A stretch of DNA of 64,000 bases, taken from contig NW_022985717.1 in the NCBI RefSeq assembly GCF_902459465.1, forward strand, positions 62,001 to 126,000, given 5' to 3'. Source of the stretch: Asterias rubens (Eukaryota). Of the stretch, positions 15,826 to 26,999 are shown piece after piece; the first letter of the stretch is position 1; every line of letters begins with the position of its first letter. A model generated the notes under the pieces. It searched no databases. It was not told the origin of the DNA and saw only the letters and a program-made list of their open reading frames with translations. Made by a program: the position numbers and the translations under genes.

Positions 15826-16059
15826 TTGCATCTATTCAAAAACAATTATCAAAAAGTAATAATTATAATTAAAAAAACTTTACAACAAGTTTTGTGGCTC
15901 ATACATGTATTTCAATCATGAAAATCAAAAGGGAAAAAAAGTCAGATGATGTAACGATGTGTATTTTTATAGTAAAACAACCTCATCGTGACCTTTTTTG
16001 CTTTAGATATTCTGGGGAATTTACACAGGCTTGCTTTATCTTGGATTTTGTTAACTATT

Positions 16060-16560
16060 TTCATCTTCTATTTTCATCTTCTGATCTTCTTTCGGTTCCG
16101 AAACATTGCTGTCTTCCTCAGTAACAACTCTCCATTCAGCTGTACCTAGCCCATGCAGCAGGATATCCTTTATCTTTTGTTCAGCATGTGATGGTTCAGC
16201 TGAGCATGTGTTTTCATCACATGTACATGTTTTTGCACAAATGTCACAGCAGTTGTGTTCTTTCATCACCACTAGATGGGAAGTTGTTCCGGATGGCTAG
16301 TCGTCTACGTTTCTTTTCTTCTTATGCTAGCTAGACAAGTTTAAGATTCTTGTTGTTTGCTTCTTTTACTAGAAGATGCTTGCAGACATCAAAAGTCTGA
16401 GTCCACAAGTCCCTGCAGTATGACACTATACCACCCCTTGCGGTTGTGATAGTCTGTATAGAATGACTTGGTAGCTGAAATTTGGGTGAGCCAGCGTCTC
16501 CCCATGAAAGGCAACCTCTGCCGACTCCAACATGTCCAACAAAACAGCAATGTCTTCAGT
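16060..16560 (-). pseudogene. Chimeric fragment: Harbinger transposase piece joined to RecQ Zn-binding domain piece (copy 1)
   Basis: ISATKSFYTDYHNRKGWYSVILQGLVD (HARBI1/DDE_Tnp_4 motif) is followed by RRLAIRNNF...EHNCCDICAKTCTC (RecQ_Zn_bind-like). A near-duplicate lies at ~20030-20480. Confidence 0.62.
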
Positions 16561-17900
16561 GAACTTTGGTCATACACAATGGATTTTTACAGTCTTCCAT
16601 ACTTTCAAGGCGATTTCCTTGCGTGCAAATGTGTATCGCTCACAAAACTCACTGAATGGAAAAACAATGTGACACTAGTTGACTATTTCTTATAGTGTCA
16701 AGTCGTTAAAGAGGCCGTCTAAGAATTACTAAACCAGTGAAGTTTACACATTTCTGGAAGGTTATGTTATAAAGACACTATATTTAATTAGGTTGTTAGC
16801 CCTTGAGGCATGGTATTTATTTTAAATGTCATTTATGTCCAACCCGCATGAGTCCTGTTTTAAGAAAAGCGAGAGGTCATCTTTGTTTACATCTTTAGAA
16901 TGTGTGACGTCACAATTAGATGACCAGTGCATGCTATACATGTTGCTGCGCGAAGTGTATTACGCTAGGGATGCACGCAGCAGCGACGATAATACCAACT
17001 TGAATATCCCACTGTTGTATACAAGTACACTCGTGTATATACATTTACTAGATACTCGTGCTTGTATGTCGTGTACATGTACTTGATCCATGATCACGAT
17101 TCATTTTGGACGACTTTCATGCATGATTTACATGTGTAAGAAGTTTATTGGGGCGATTTGGTCGACTGACCATCATGGCTTGGCTTGTGTAGTCTGGCAC
17201 CTTTGTTATACGTCCTGGTTTCCCATTAGCAATATACACAATACGTACAGTAGTACTGGACTCGAGAGACTCGAGACGCAGCAATGTCGTCTCGTGTGTA
17301 TCGGGAAAACATATCATAATGTCAGATACGGACGGTTCCAATTTTTGGGAAGAAAGTAGTGTCACTTCAAACCTGTAAAAATTCAGATTTAATTGGTCAT
17401 CAAGTTTCAAGAAATTAATACATTTGTTGCAAAAGGCCGTGTTCTTTCAGATGGCAATAGTAAAAGGCTTCGCTGAAGTCTCATTATTTGAGTGAGAAAT
17501 TTCTTTTTTTGCTAAGAAACTACGTTACATCAGAGCAAGTCGATTCTAACAATGTTTTATACTGTCAATTTCTGGTCACCAAGACAATTGTTTTGAGTAA
17601 TCACCAATAATGTCCAAAGCCTAGAACACATAGTGCATACAAAGACAAACATGTCACCAATGTTGCAAAGTGGCTCAAATTCATTGAGCACTGATGTAAA
17701 ATAATGTTTCTCTTGATTCGTCTCCCAAGTTGTCAGTCTTTCTTTAATTGGTGTTGTACACGCATTAAAAGAAAAATGATGAATAAATTAATTCTTTACT
17801 GAAAGTCGTTTCTCTTGCTCATTGTGTTTTTTCCCCTTTTCACATCTATTGCACCCGTCTGCCATTTTTCTTTTTTTCTCACACGAGATGGAACTTAAAT

Positions 17901-19870
17901 CTACTCTGTTTGGGATGTCTCTCCTCGGCTGCTTTTCTTTCTTTTTCGGCTTCTCTTTTTCACTTCTGATCCCTGATCACTGTCATCTTCGGTCCTATTT
18001 TTGTTCATTCCCTTTTCCCTCTGTCTTTTTGCTGACTTCCCCTTTTTGTCTTTATTTCTACTCTTCTTTCTCTTTGTCGCTTCATCCTCAACTACCAAGT
18101 CTTCCGTTCCTTCTGGTTTCCCCACTGGTGCTACAGACTTTGAAAATCTCGACACAAAAGTGGAGACTGCTGTTGCCTTGTCCGGCTTGGTGTGCTTGAG
18201 AGTGAGAGGCCCAGGGTTCTTCATAAGCTGGCTGTATCTTGACCGTGCATCTTTGCTGCCTTCCTCGAAAAAGCCTAAGAGTCTGGTCAATTATGCGCTG
18301 GTTGTATTCTAGGACAAAAACAATAAAAGATGAACCTTGTGTATTCCAATGCTTTTTTAGAAGGCAAGATACTGCACTGGTCACTACAGGGCACGGCTTA
18401 TAAATGTATGTGTACTTACTATAAGTGCAATGCACCAGCCTTTTCCGCACAGTGTATCCACCAGTATCCTGTTTTGCCCTTGGGTAACTGATGGTGAAGG
18501 CCAATCTTCCATCAGTACTCCTTGCTTGCTCCCTGCCAGTGTTTTCGTTGTAATGCAGGGCAGCCAGATAAACCCTGTAGACCAAGCAAAGAACATAAAA
18601 CAAACAAGTTACAGTAAAGGCTTTATGTGTTTTGGGATTTTTGCACAGTGTCATTGCTTTTAAAAGTATGCTTTTCCATAGGTTAAAATTCCATTTTATA
18701 TTTGACTAGGGGCTCACCTGCAGAGCATGCCATGGTAGGAATATACAAACATCTTCGGAGCAAACTGATTTATCAGCGAGTGGAAGGCTTCCACGGAAGA
18801 TGTCTGCATCGATGAGGAGAGCATCCGCACATCCTTCATGAGCCAAGGGTTATCTAATAGTTCTGCAACTTTCTCAGCAGGTTTAGATCCTGAAAAATTG
18901 AAAAAAAAAAAAAAAAGGTAACTTTAGAAGCTACCGGGAAATATACAAAAAGAATGTACATGTGTGCAAAAACAAATTAAATGTGATTGTAATGTACAGA
19001 CATAGTACACATTGTAAATAAATTTTACAAATGGAGTTAAAAATGCACAGATTAGGGAAACTAACACTTGTCAAGAAATAGTTTTGGGTTTGGGTTGTCG
19101 TCTTCTTTCAAAAATTTGCCTAGCAATTGGAACTTCAGTAAAAACAAACTAATTATCATACCAGGGATAAGCCATCTTTGGGGTGGCAAGGGACCATGAA
19201 TACACTTCGGGTACAGTGGGTTACCATGCTCATGAACATCCAGTACATGGTTTATGGCGCTCTCAAACTTAGCCCACATCAGGTCTGGGTCACAACCTGG
19301 CGTCGACGCAGCAACCCAGTAGAGATTGTTGACTATTGAGCTCACCCAATCCTTTATTGTTTCGCACCCCTTTGGTTTTGCAGCAGCCAGCAGCTTTTTC
19401 TTGAGTCCTGCGAAAGCAATATGAAATAGAACACATTTTGTGAGTTACACTTTTTAATCAGAGGAATAACTACTGTACAGCAAAATCACTTTTATAGACA
19501 ATTTGTGTTGTTTATAAAAAGATTAAACGTGTGCCTGCAGGAATGCAGTATAGGTTTGAGTACAGCATAAATTTAAATGTTCTTTGTCTAATGTGGTTCT
19601 CAAAAATGCTACAAAAGACAATACGCTATTAAAAATTTTATGTCATGTTTATAAAGATGTTCTAACAAATTTACCCTTAGCAACGTGCCAAATGTCAAAA
19701 AAGTGGCTGGTTCCGCGAGGTTGAAGCTCATCTCGGATGTACTTGGTTATCTGTCTGTGACGATCCGTCACGATGGTGCCGATCTTGACTCCCATTTTGT
19801 CAGCCCACTTCACTGATCTCACGAGACCCTCCTTCTCCATCAAGTTCGACTTGAAACTAGTTTCACTTTT
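17901..19870 (-). pseudogene. Kolobok-type DDE transposase, C-terminal ~390 codons in five exons (19870-19675, 19407-19162, 18889-18718, 18574-18420, 18308-17901)
   Basis: All GT-AG introns are phase-compatible. Motifs: MEKEGL...IVTDRH..ITKYIR...HFFDIWHVAKG, NNLYW, NHVLDVH, KCIHGPL, QTSSVEAFHS, LAALHYNEN, PDKATAVSTFVSRF. The only lesion seen is +1 nt in an A5 run at 18268-18272. The 5' exons are missing. Confidence 0.8.
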
Positions 19871-19899
19871 CTGTAAAATTAAAGGTATTGATGTTAATC

Positions 19900-20480
19900 A
19901 ATTAAAACCCAATGCAATCTTCCTCCAGAAATGTTTGTTCATGATAGTGACTTTCCCAGCTAAATCTTGACTTGTATACAAGTGGTCACTACTGTCTGTC
20001 AGTAATGTTTCTCTGTATTCTTGCAGACTTTCTTTCAGTTCTGAAACATTGCTGTCTTCCACAGTAACAACTCTCCATTCAGCTGTACCTAGCCCATGCA
20101 GCAGGATATCCTTTATCTTTTGTTCAGCATGTGATGGTTCAGCTGAGCATGTGTTTTTATCACATGTACATGTTTTTGCACAAATGTCACAGCAGTTGTG
20201 TTCTTTCATCACCACTAGTTGGGAAGTTGTTCCGGATGGCTAGTCGTCTACGTTTCTTTTCTTCGAATGCAAGCTTGACAAATTTTTAGAGTCTGGTTGT
20301 TTGCTTCTTTTATTTGAAGTTGCTTGCGACATCGAAGAGACAAGTCCACAGGTCCCTGCAGTACTATCCTGTACCATCCCCTTGTGGTTGTGATAGTCTG
20401 TGTAGAATGTCTTGATGGCCGAAATTTGGAAGTGGCTTCCTTCAACTGCAACCCTACATTGGGGAAAACACAGCTTCTGT
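19900..20480 (-). pseudogene. Chimeric Harbinger + RecQ-Zn fragment (copy 2)
   Basis: Near-duplicate of 16060-16560, continuing into RVVTVEDSNVSELKESLQEYRETLLTDSSDHLYTSQDL. Confidence 0.6.
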
Positions 20481-20689
20481 TCAAAACCTTCAGATTGGAC
20501 TGCTGTATCCTACTGTATGGGTTGAGTACTTTGCATATATTGCTTAGCAATAGACCTTTTCGCAAATACCGGGGCGCGCGCGTAAAGCTTGGAATTAGGT
20601 GCATTGTGGTCTAGCTGGTATCCAAATTTGATCCATATATATCCCACAATGCACCTCATTCAACAGTCTGCGCTTGCGCATTGGTATTT

Positions 20690-21245
20690 GCGATAAGGTC
20701 TATGCCACACAAGCACCAACATTGTGGGGTATGTTACTTTATGTCACGCTCGTTCATTTTCAAAAGACACCGCCATCTGTTTTTTTAAATGCCCGAAAGC
20801 ATTTTCAACAATCATACGACTTCTGCTGTGAATATAATTATAGTGCACCTGTTGACAGGTCAAGTTTCCATAGGGATAGGGTTTCATTAAAAAAGTGTCT
20901 TCTTTATACGCCGAATATCCAAGTATGACGACTGGAACTTCTGCACCTTTTATTGGCCTGAGCTTGTTGGGGGGAAAAACTTCCCTTTTGTCAATTTGTG
21001 TTTCAGTGAAGAATGTTCAAATACCCAACTGTCATGGCATTTTCCTGGCCAACCAATGCCGATATCGGTAAACCTATAACAGAAGTCGACAAGTCCTTTC
21101 CGAATGACACTATACCACCCCTTGCGACTGTGGTAGTCCTTGTGGAATGACTTGGGGGAACCCCCACATTTGGGGAAACCCCACTTCTGTTGGAAACCTT
21201 TGATTATGGTTTTGGTATCCTCTGCAGATGAGGCAGTTACATATG
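20690..21245 (-). pseudogene. PIF/Harbinger (HARBI1-like) transposase catalytic core, degenerate
   Basis: IKGFQQKWGFPKC...DYHSRKGWYSVI..GLVDFCYRFTDIGIGWPGKCHDSWVFEHSSL...VPVVILGYSAY...LMKPYP...NYIHSRSRMIVENAFGHLK, with frameshifts. Confidence 0.82.
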
Positions 21246-21899
21246 ACGACGATAGTTTGATTTAGCATTGTTAACAAGGTCTCTGTATATGATACACTGT
21301 TCTTTGTACAACTCATCATGCACAGCAAGGCAAGATTTTATCCACTTTCGCTCACGACGACATTTCTTTATTCAATAATTTAGTTGTCCATTAAAAAGAT
21401 AAAAATGGAAAAATTACATGTCAAAACATTGATAAAAAGCTCCAGGACAGAAAACTAAAAGATACAGAAATATTTATAAAACTAGGATTTACATGAACAC
21501 TGATGAAAGATAAGTTAAAAACACAAAAGAACCAAACAAAAACACCACATTTAAGCAAAAACTGCCCAAACCTCTCTGCTCCCACAAGCCGTATGATAAA
21601 AATAATCAGTAAAAACCCACTAAGAATAAAGTATTAGCTACTTGCATCAGCATTTATTTACAGAAGCAAATCGATGGTCCTTTAAGTTAGTTATACACAG
21701 AACATACAAAATAACAATTTAAATCATTTTTCATGGATCTAGCTGTGACACCTTGACCCCGTCGCAGCATGCCCTGAATGCAACACTTTCTTCACATGGA
21801 ACAACAACAACATAAATTGATAGGTTTCAAAACAGTTCTTCACTCAAGGAGCGAACCTCCTGAATCAAGTATAGTAGGGCCGGAGTAACTTCCTATATG

Positions 21900-22555
21900 G
21901 TTTCATCGTCCTCTGCGATTTGACTGAGTATAGTTTCATTTATTTTGTCAAAGTTACGCCCGTCATTTTCATGAACTTGAACAAATCGTCCGTTTGACTG
22001 GGAAGTTTTATTTCTTGTCCTCGCTAACTGGTTGACCAGACAGTGAAATACACAGTTGCCCTTTTCGGTGTTTCATTTCTCTCAAGATATCCAAGTGTCA
22101 TGGCATAGGCGATTAAATCATCTTTTGCTGTATCGGCAGTGTCTTGTGAAGTAGTATCTTTAAATATGCATGAATGAAAGCATTCAATCTTTTGAAATCG
22201 TCGCCACACTTATCACTCCTCTGTGCCTCACCAGATCCAATACACTATTCCTTGTTGTCGCAAACTGGTTTTCCAGACGGTGAAATAAACAGTTGCCTTC
22301 CTTCGGTGTATCACCTCTCTCCAGATATCCGAGTTGCATGGCATAGGCGATTAAATCATCTTTTGCTGTATCGGCAGTGTCTTGTGAAGTAAGAAACTTT
22401 AAATGTGCATGAATGAAAGCGTGTAATCTTTTGAAATAGTCGCCACTCTTTTCACTTATTTTCTGAAGAAGAGCCTCCAAGAACGCATTGTCTACCATAT
22501 TATGTGATGACAATCTGCATTTTTGTTTTGCGAGTGCGCAGCAATACCAGTGCAT
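21900..22555 (-). pseudogene. OTU-like cysteine protease N-terminal fragment, tandemly duplicated
   Basis: LGYLERGDTPKEGNCLFH resembles the OTU catalytic-Cys motif (DGNCLF). A second copy reads LGYLERNETPKKGNCVFH (~22060-22190). Confidence 0.5.
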
Positions 22556-23408
22556 TGGATGTGTACATCCCGGGTCTGTGTCCCTTGTGCACTGTTCGTC
22601 TTCACACTGGCATCTTCACTTCTCAGTCTACTGCCCACATTCAATGACGGATAGTTCTTAGCCTGTGGCATGGTTTGGTGCATGAGGAATCAATTATGTC
22701 GCCGTGAAATCCAGAATTGACACAAATGCTGCACAAAGCAAATGATTATACCTTAATTTCTTTAATTACGATAATTTAGCTCAGAAACAAAAAAAATACA
22801 AATGGTCAGTTTAAGCTTCCATATCAAGTTTAAGTGTCCATGTGTGAAATTGCTTAAGTAACATGGATGGTCAGTTTGAGCCTCTGTACTTAGATGAAAA
22901 AGAAAAGATGGCTTCATCTTTAGAGAATAATTTACCAGGTGACATGTCTGCCTGTTTACTAACCCCCCCCCCCCCCACCGTCCCCCCCTCCCCCATAAAA
23001 TGAAACAACATATATATGTTCTGATCTTGACAAGTTCTAGGGCACTTTAAGAGCTCTGTACAAAGGTGTTTAGATCTTGATATTTGAACCCAGGTTTTAG
23101 CTCACAAAATGCCCCACATTAGATGTATCTTAATTGTCTTGAACACTTGTAAAATGTTCTGTATGTTTATTTGTGTTTGCTTGTAACTTCAGCCTTTTGT
23201 GTTTATGTTTGAGTTTCTTTTTAAATGTTTATATTCGGTGGTACAGTAATTTAACTGCAAACAGGGTTCATTATATAAAAAGTTGTAAGATTATTGCAAA
23301 TGCCTGAAAAGGTTTTAAGAATTTATTTTTTATGAGTAACAGAATAGTATTTTGTAAAATCTTAATCAAAGTCATCCCAGCTGGGGCCAATATTGTACAA
23401 CTTGTTAA

Positions 23409-23632
23409 AGGATTTGGGTACTTTTTGTAACACAAAACACAATGCACACAGATTTACATTAAATTTACACCGTTCGAAGATAATGATAGTAGATAAGCTT
23501 ACCTTAAAATATTACTAGCTGAGGTGCTGTAGTTTTTTGAGAAATGAGTAAAAAAAATACACGAAAATTCATTTTACATGCTAAAATAATCTCCGCGACT
23601 TGTTTTAATCCTACAAAAAGTACCCAGACCCT
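23409..23632. mobile_element. Kolobok-type MITE, family B (AGGATTTGGGTAC), internally deleted
   Basis: TTAA|AGGATTTGGGTACTTTTT with a degenerate right end AAAAAGTACCCAGACC. A related copy lies at 46541-46909. Confidence 0.55.
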
Positions 23633-24338
23633 GTAAGCAGGCGTTTTATTCTTACTACATGTTACTAGAGTCTCATAACTGCTGCTGCGCTGAAAATCAA
23701 AGCATGTTAAATTACCAGTGATTCTTGTATGGATGAGTGCTGAAACAATGAAAGTTATAAAGAATGCACATGCACACTTATAAACAATTCTTTATAACAC
23801 ACTTTTGGTTACCAGATCGTTCTTCCACATGTATAGTAAATTCAAATACTACCTAGCGAGTTACACAGCTTTACGAAATTGGGCCCCCAGAACCCAATTT
23901 TATGAAGCTTGTTTTATGTCTTGCTAGATAAGTATTTGGGCACCAGTGGCAGCAATGGGAACCATAGGCATTTCGGCTGGTAACATAATATCAGATCGCG
24001 TCTATTCCGTAACCAGCCTGATGAAAGTGGGTCCAGGTCAAATTTGAGTGTTTTTGTCCATCGCTCAAGTTACATGTACTTACATAGTGTACTATATTAC
24101 CAAATACAAAGTGTTATTGAGTAAATGCAAATCTACAATAAATAGGCAACATTTCTGTGTATTTTTAACTACATCATAGAATCATACCTCAAGACTTCAG
24201 TCTGTGTACTAAGTGACCTCAGTAAGTACTACTGAATTAGAATTAACAATGTGTGGTTTGATGGGGAGGAATCGGCACCAGACTGCTCTTATAATTATTG
24301 TAGGTCATTTTAATTTGGCAAATATTAGTCAGTGTCCT

Positions 24339-24534
24339 GGGCCCAATTTTGTATAGCTGTTAGACAGAAAATACTGCTTCACAAATTTATTTGCTTAGCA
24401 AAAAATGAGTGGGGCACCAGTCACAACGATGTTAACTTAATTTAATTTTGGCTGGTAACCTGTTGTTTATGTTGAGCAATAATTTGTTGCGCTTAGCACA
24501 TTTGTGTGCTTGTAGACTTTATGAAATTGGGCCC
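24339..24534. mobile_element. MITE with GGGCCCAATTT TIRs
   Basis: GGGCCCAATTTT...ATGAAATTGGGCCC. Related copies occur at ~29140-29320 and as a tandem pair at 31861-32252. Confidence 0.6.
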
Positions 24535-25009
24535 TGATGTTTGGACCCTAGCAGAGTCTAGCCTGAGCTTTGGAGAAAGACTCTACTACATGTACATTAG
24601 GGTCAAGACGTCAGGCTACTAACTAATGTTTGCATAAAGACCAGAGGTCCTATTGGTTGGTATGCAGCTTGCAACAGATGATTTCCATTCTCATTTTAGT
24701 GTTGTATGTAACCTGGCTTCTTGGCCATTGAAGTTTTGTTTTTTAGGCATTTAAGTGTTTTTAAGCTGTTAACTTCCATGGTAGAACATTTTCCGTGTAC
24801 TTTCCATTTATGGTTAAAATAAAGGAATGTTTAGGAAGAAATGAGTTTGATTAACTTCCATCAAACCACCATGTTCCACCTCCCTTCCAGGCCACATGCT
24901 ATATTTTCAAAGAGTAGTTTTGTTTTAGGTCTGTGAAAATTGTGCTCAAGTTGTCAAAGAAAACAGTCTACAGTTGATTCAATTTGTTGTCATATTTCTT
25001 TTATGTTAA

Positions 25010-25375
25010 AGACACTGGACACTATTGGTAATTGTGTATCTCAACTTATGCATAAAATAACAAACCTGTGAAAATGTTAGCTCTATCGGTCGTTGAAGTT
25101 GCGAGATATTAATGAAAGAAAAAAACATCCTTGTCGCACCATGGTCACACAAAGTTGTGTGCTTTTAGATGATTGATTTTGAGACCTCAAATTCGAAATC
25201 AGAGGTTTTGAAATCAAATTCATGTAAAATTACTTGTTTCTCAAAAACTACTTCACTTCAGAGGGAGCCGCTTCTCACAATGTTTTATACTATCAACCTC
25301 TCCCCATTACTGGTTACCAGGTGAGGTTTTATGCTAACATTTATTTTGAGTAATTACCAATAGTGTCCACTGCAT
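25010..25375. mobile_element. Kolobok-type family A MITE
   Basis: TTAA-flanked; AGACACTGGACACTATTGGTAATT...AATTACCAATAGTGTCCACTGCAT. Confidence 0.72.
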
Positions 25376-26718
25376 TTAAAGCACTGTATGCTTTTGTCTG
25401 AATCATGCAGACAAACACTAAACTGGCCCACTCAAATTGGAGTAGAACCCAAGACCATCTGAATTCTTGAAAAGATGGCAACTACATTTTATCACGGATA
25501 CGGTATGAACAGAAGACACCTCGGTTTTTCCCCACCCATCACCAAAGAAAAACACTAAACCATTCACCATCACCAAAGAAAAACACTAAACTGGCTCACT
25601 CAAGTTGGAGTTGAACCCAAGACCATCTGAATTCTTAAAAAGATGTCTTTTAAACTACATTTTATCACAAATCATTACTTTCAATACGCTACTAACAGAA
25701 GACACCTCAGTTATTCCCCAACCACCTCCAAAGAAAAAGAGAATCCAAAGAGGCACAAATAAACCACCAAAAAAAAAACAAAAAAAAAACAAATGCATAT
25801 TATAACATTGGGTAAAAACTTTAACAATTAACTACAGCAGGATTTGAACCTGCGACCTCTAGATTAATGTGCCAGTGCTCAACGTACGAAACTGAGCACT
25901 AATGTAGCTCTAATGTTGCGAGACCTTTTAGGGATACTTCTTAACATAAGGACTAAATAGCTCAGTTGGTATAGTGATGGCACGTTAATCCAGACGTCCC
26001 AGGTTTAAATCCTGCCGTCGATTTCACAAAGAGTTAGGATTAATCTTAAGGTCTGTATGCTACAGTGCAGGGTTGGGACTCGTCCTAAGTCCTAAGATTA
26101 ATCTTAAATTAGGAAGAGTTTTGTGAAATCGACGGCTGCTCTATTAAAATTCACCCTTAAAGAAAAACAGTAGCAACCGAAACAGTATTATTGACCCTCT
26201 GAGTTTTCTTTTTTAGGGAGTTCACATTGATGTACTTCCACATCCAAGTCTGCTTCCTTTGCAAATTAAAAAATAATATTAACAGTTGCTAACTATTGAC
26301 ATGATAATTTCACGGCAATGTTTGTCTCGCCTCTTCAAATACTAGAAGCTTTTGCACACTTACAAAATACGTGTTTTGGGGGGAAAATTTAACTCTTTCT
26401 CACCCAAAAGCGTTTATATTTGTGATTTTTTTTTTAGAGTGTTATGTATTGTAAGTAACAGCTGATAGATTGTTAAGTACATGTACACAACATGACTAAT
26501 GGAGGTTATATTAATGTCTCCCACTTTATTTAAAATATTTGAGTTGCCATAGTTACAAAGCTCTACGGATATCATGACTTGCTGAATAAAATAGTTTGGT
26601 CACAACTTTAGTTTTTGTTTCTGATTTTTACACTACTCTATTTGTGGAGTATCAAGTTCCGTTGTAACAAAGAATGGGAGTTCAAATCCTGGCTTAGTCA
26701 TCCTTTGTCAATGCCCCT

Positions 26719-26999
26719 TATTTTTGACCGCGCGAGGGCGCTATAAATAGTATTTTGATCACTTCCGGGGGTACACGCGATTCGCCCTGCACAAATTAAT
26801 AGGCGTTCTGTCACTTTTATTGCGCCGTAGTTTCAATTTGCTTTAGAGGTGGATTATAACGGCTCCTTTAAAAGTCTTATTGTCTGTGATGGATTAGATG
26901 TCTGTGGTTATAATGTGTTCCAATCTTTAAAAACTGTTTTGGGTATGAATGAATATACCCCCGGAAGTGATTGAGAGCGCCCTCACGCGGTCAAAAATA
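26719..26999. mobile_element. MITE with 24-bp TIR (23/24) and an inner inverted ATCACTTCCGGGGGTA motif
   Basis: TATTTTTGACCGCGCGAGGGCGCT ... AGCGCCCTCACGCGGTCAAAAATA. Confidence 0.68.

Larger units (their letters stand above)
11195..23061 (-). mobile_element. ~11.9-kb composite block of scrambled transposon-gene fragments with imperfect inverted ends
   Basis: The 21-nt inverted ends match 18/21 (11195-11215 vs 23041-23061), and the subterminal repeats are inverted. The interior holds only degenerate minus-strand TE coding fragments. No convincing TSD. Confidence 0.55.

Noticed and set aside
17822-18312. Plus-strand Phe/Leu/Ser-rich ORFs resembling membrane proteins
   Set aside because: Antisense shadow of the Lys/Arg/Glu-rich transposase tail.
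11184-23072. Calling the 12-kb block an AcademH element because of its TAG start and RecQ fragments
   Set aside because: The right end is CAA rather than CTA, there is no 9-10 bp TSD, and no Academ transposase motif was recognised.
25830-26020. Two divergent tRNA-like sequences
   Set aside because: The cloverleaf stems do not pair properly. These are decayed SINE-type heads (similar at 47820-47870), not tRNA genes.
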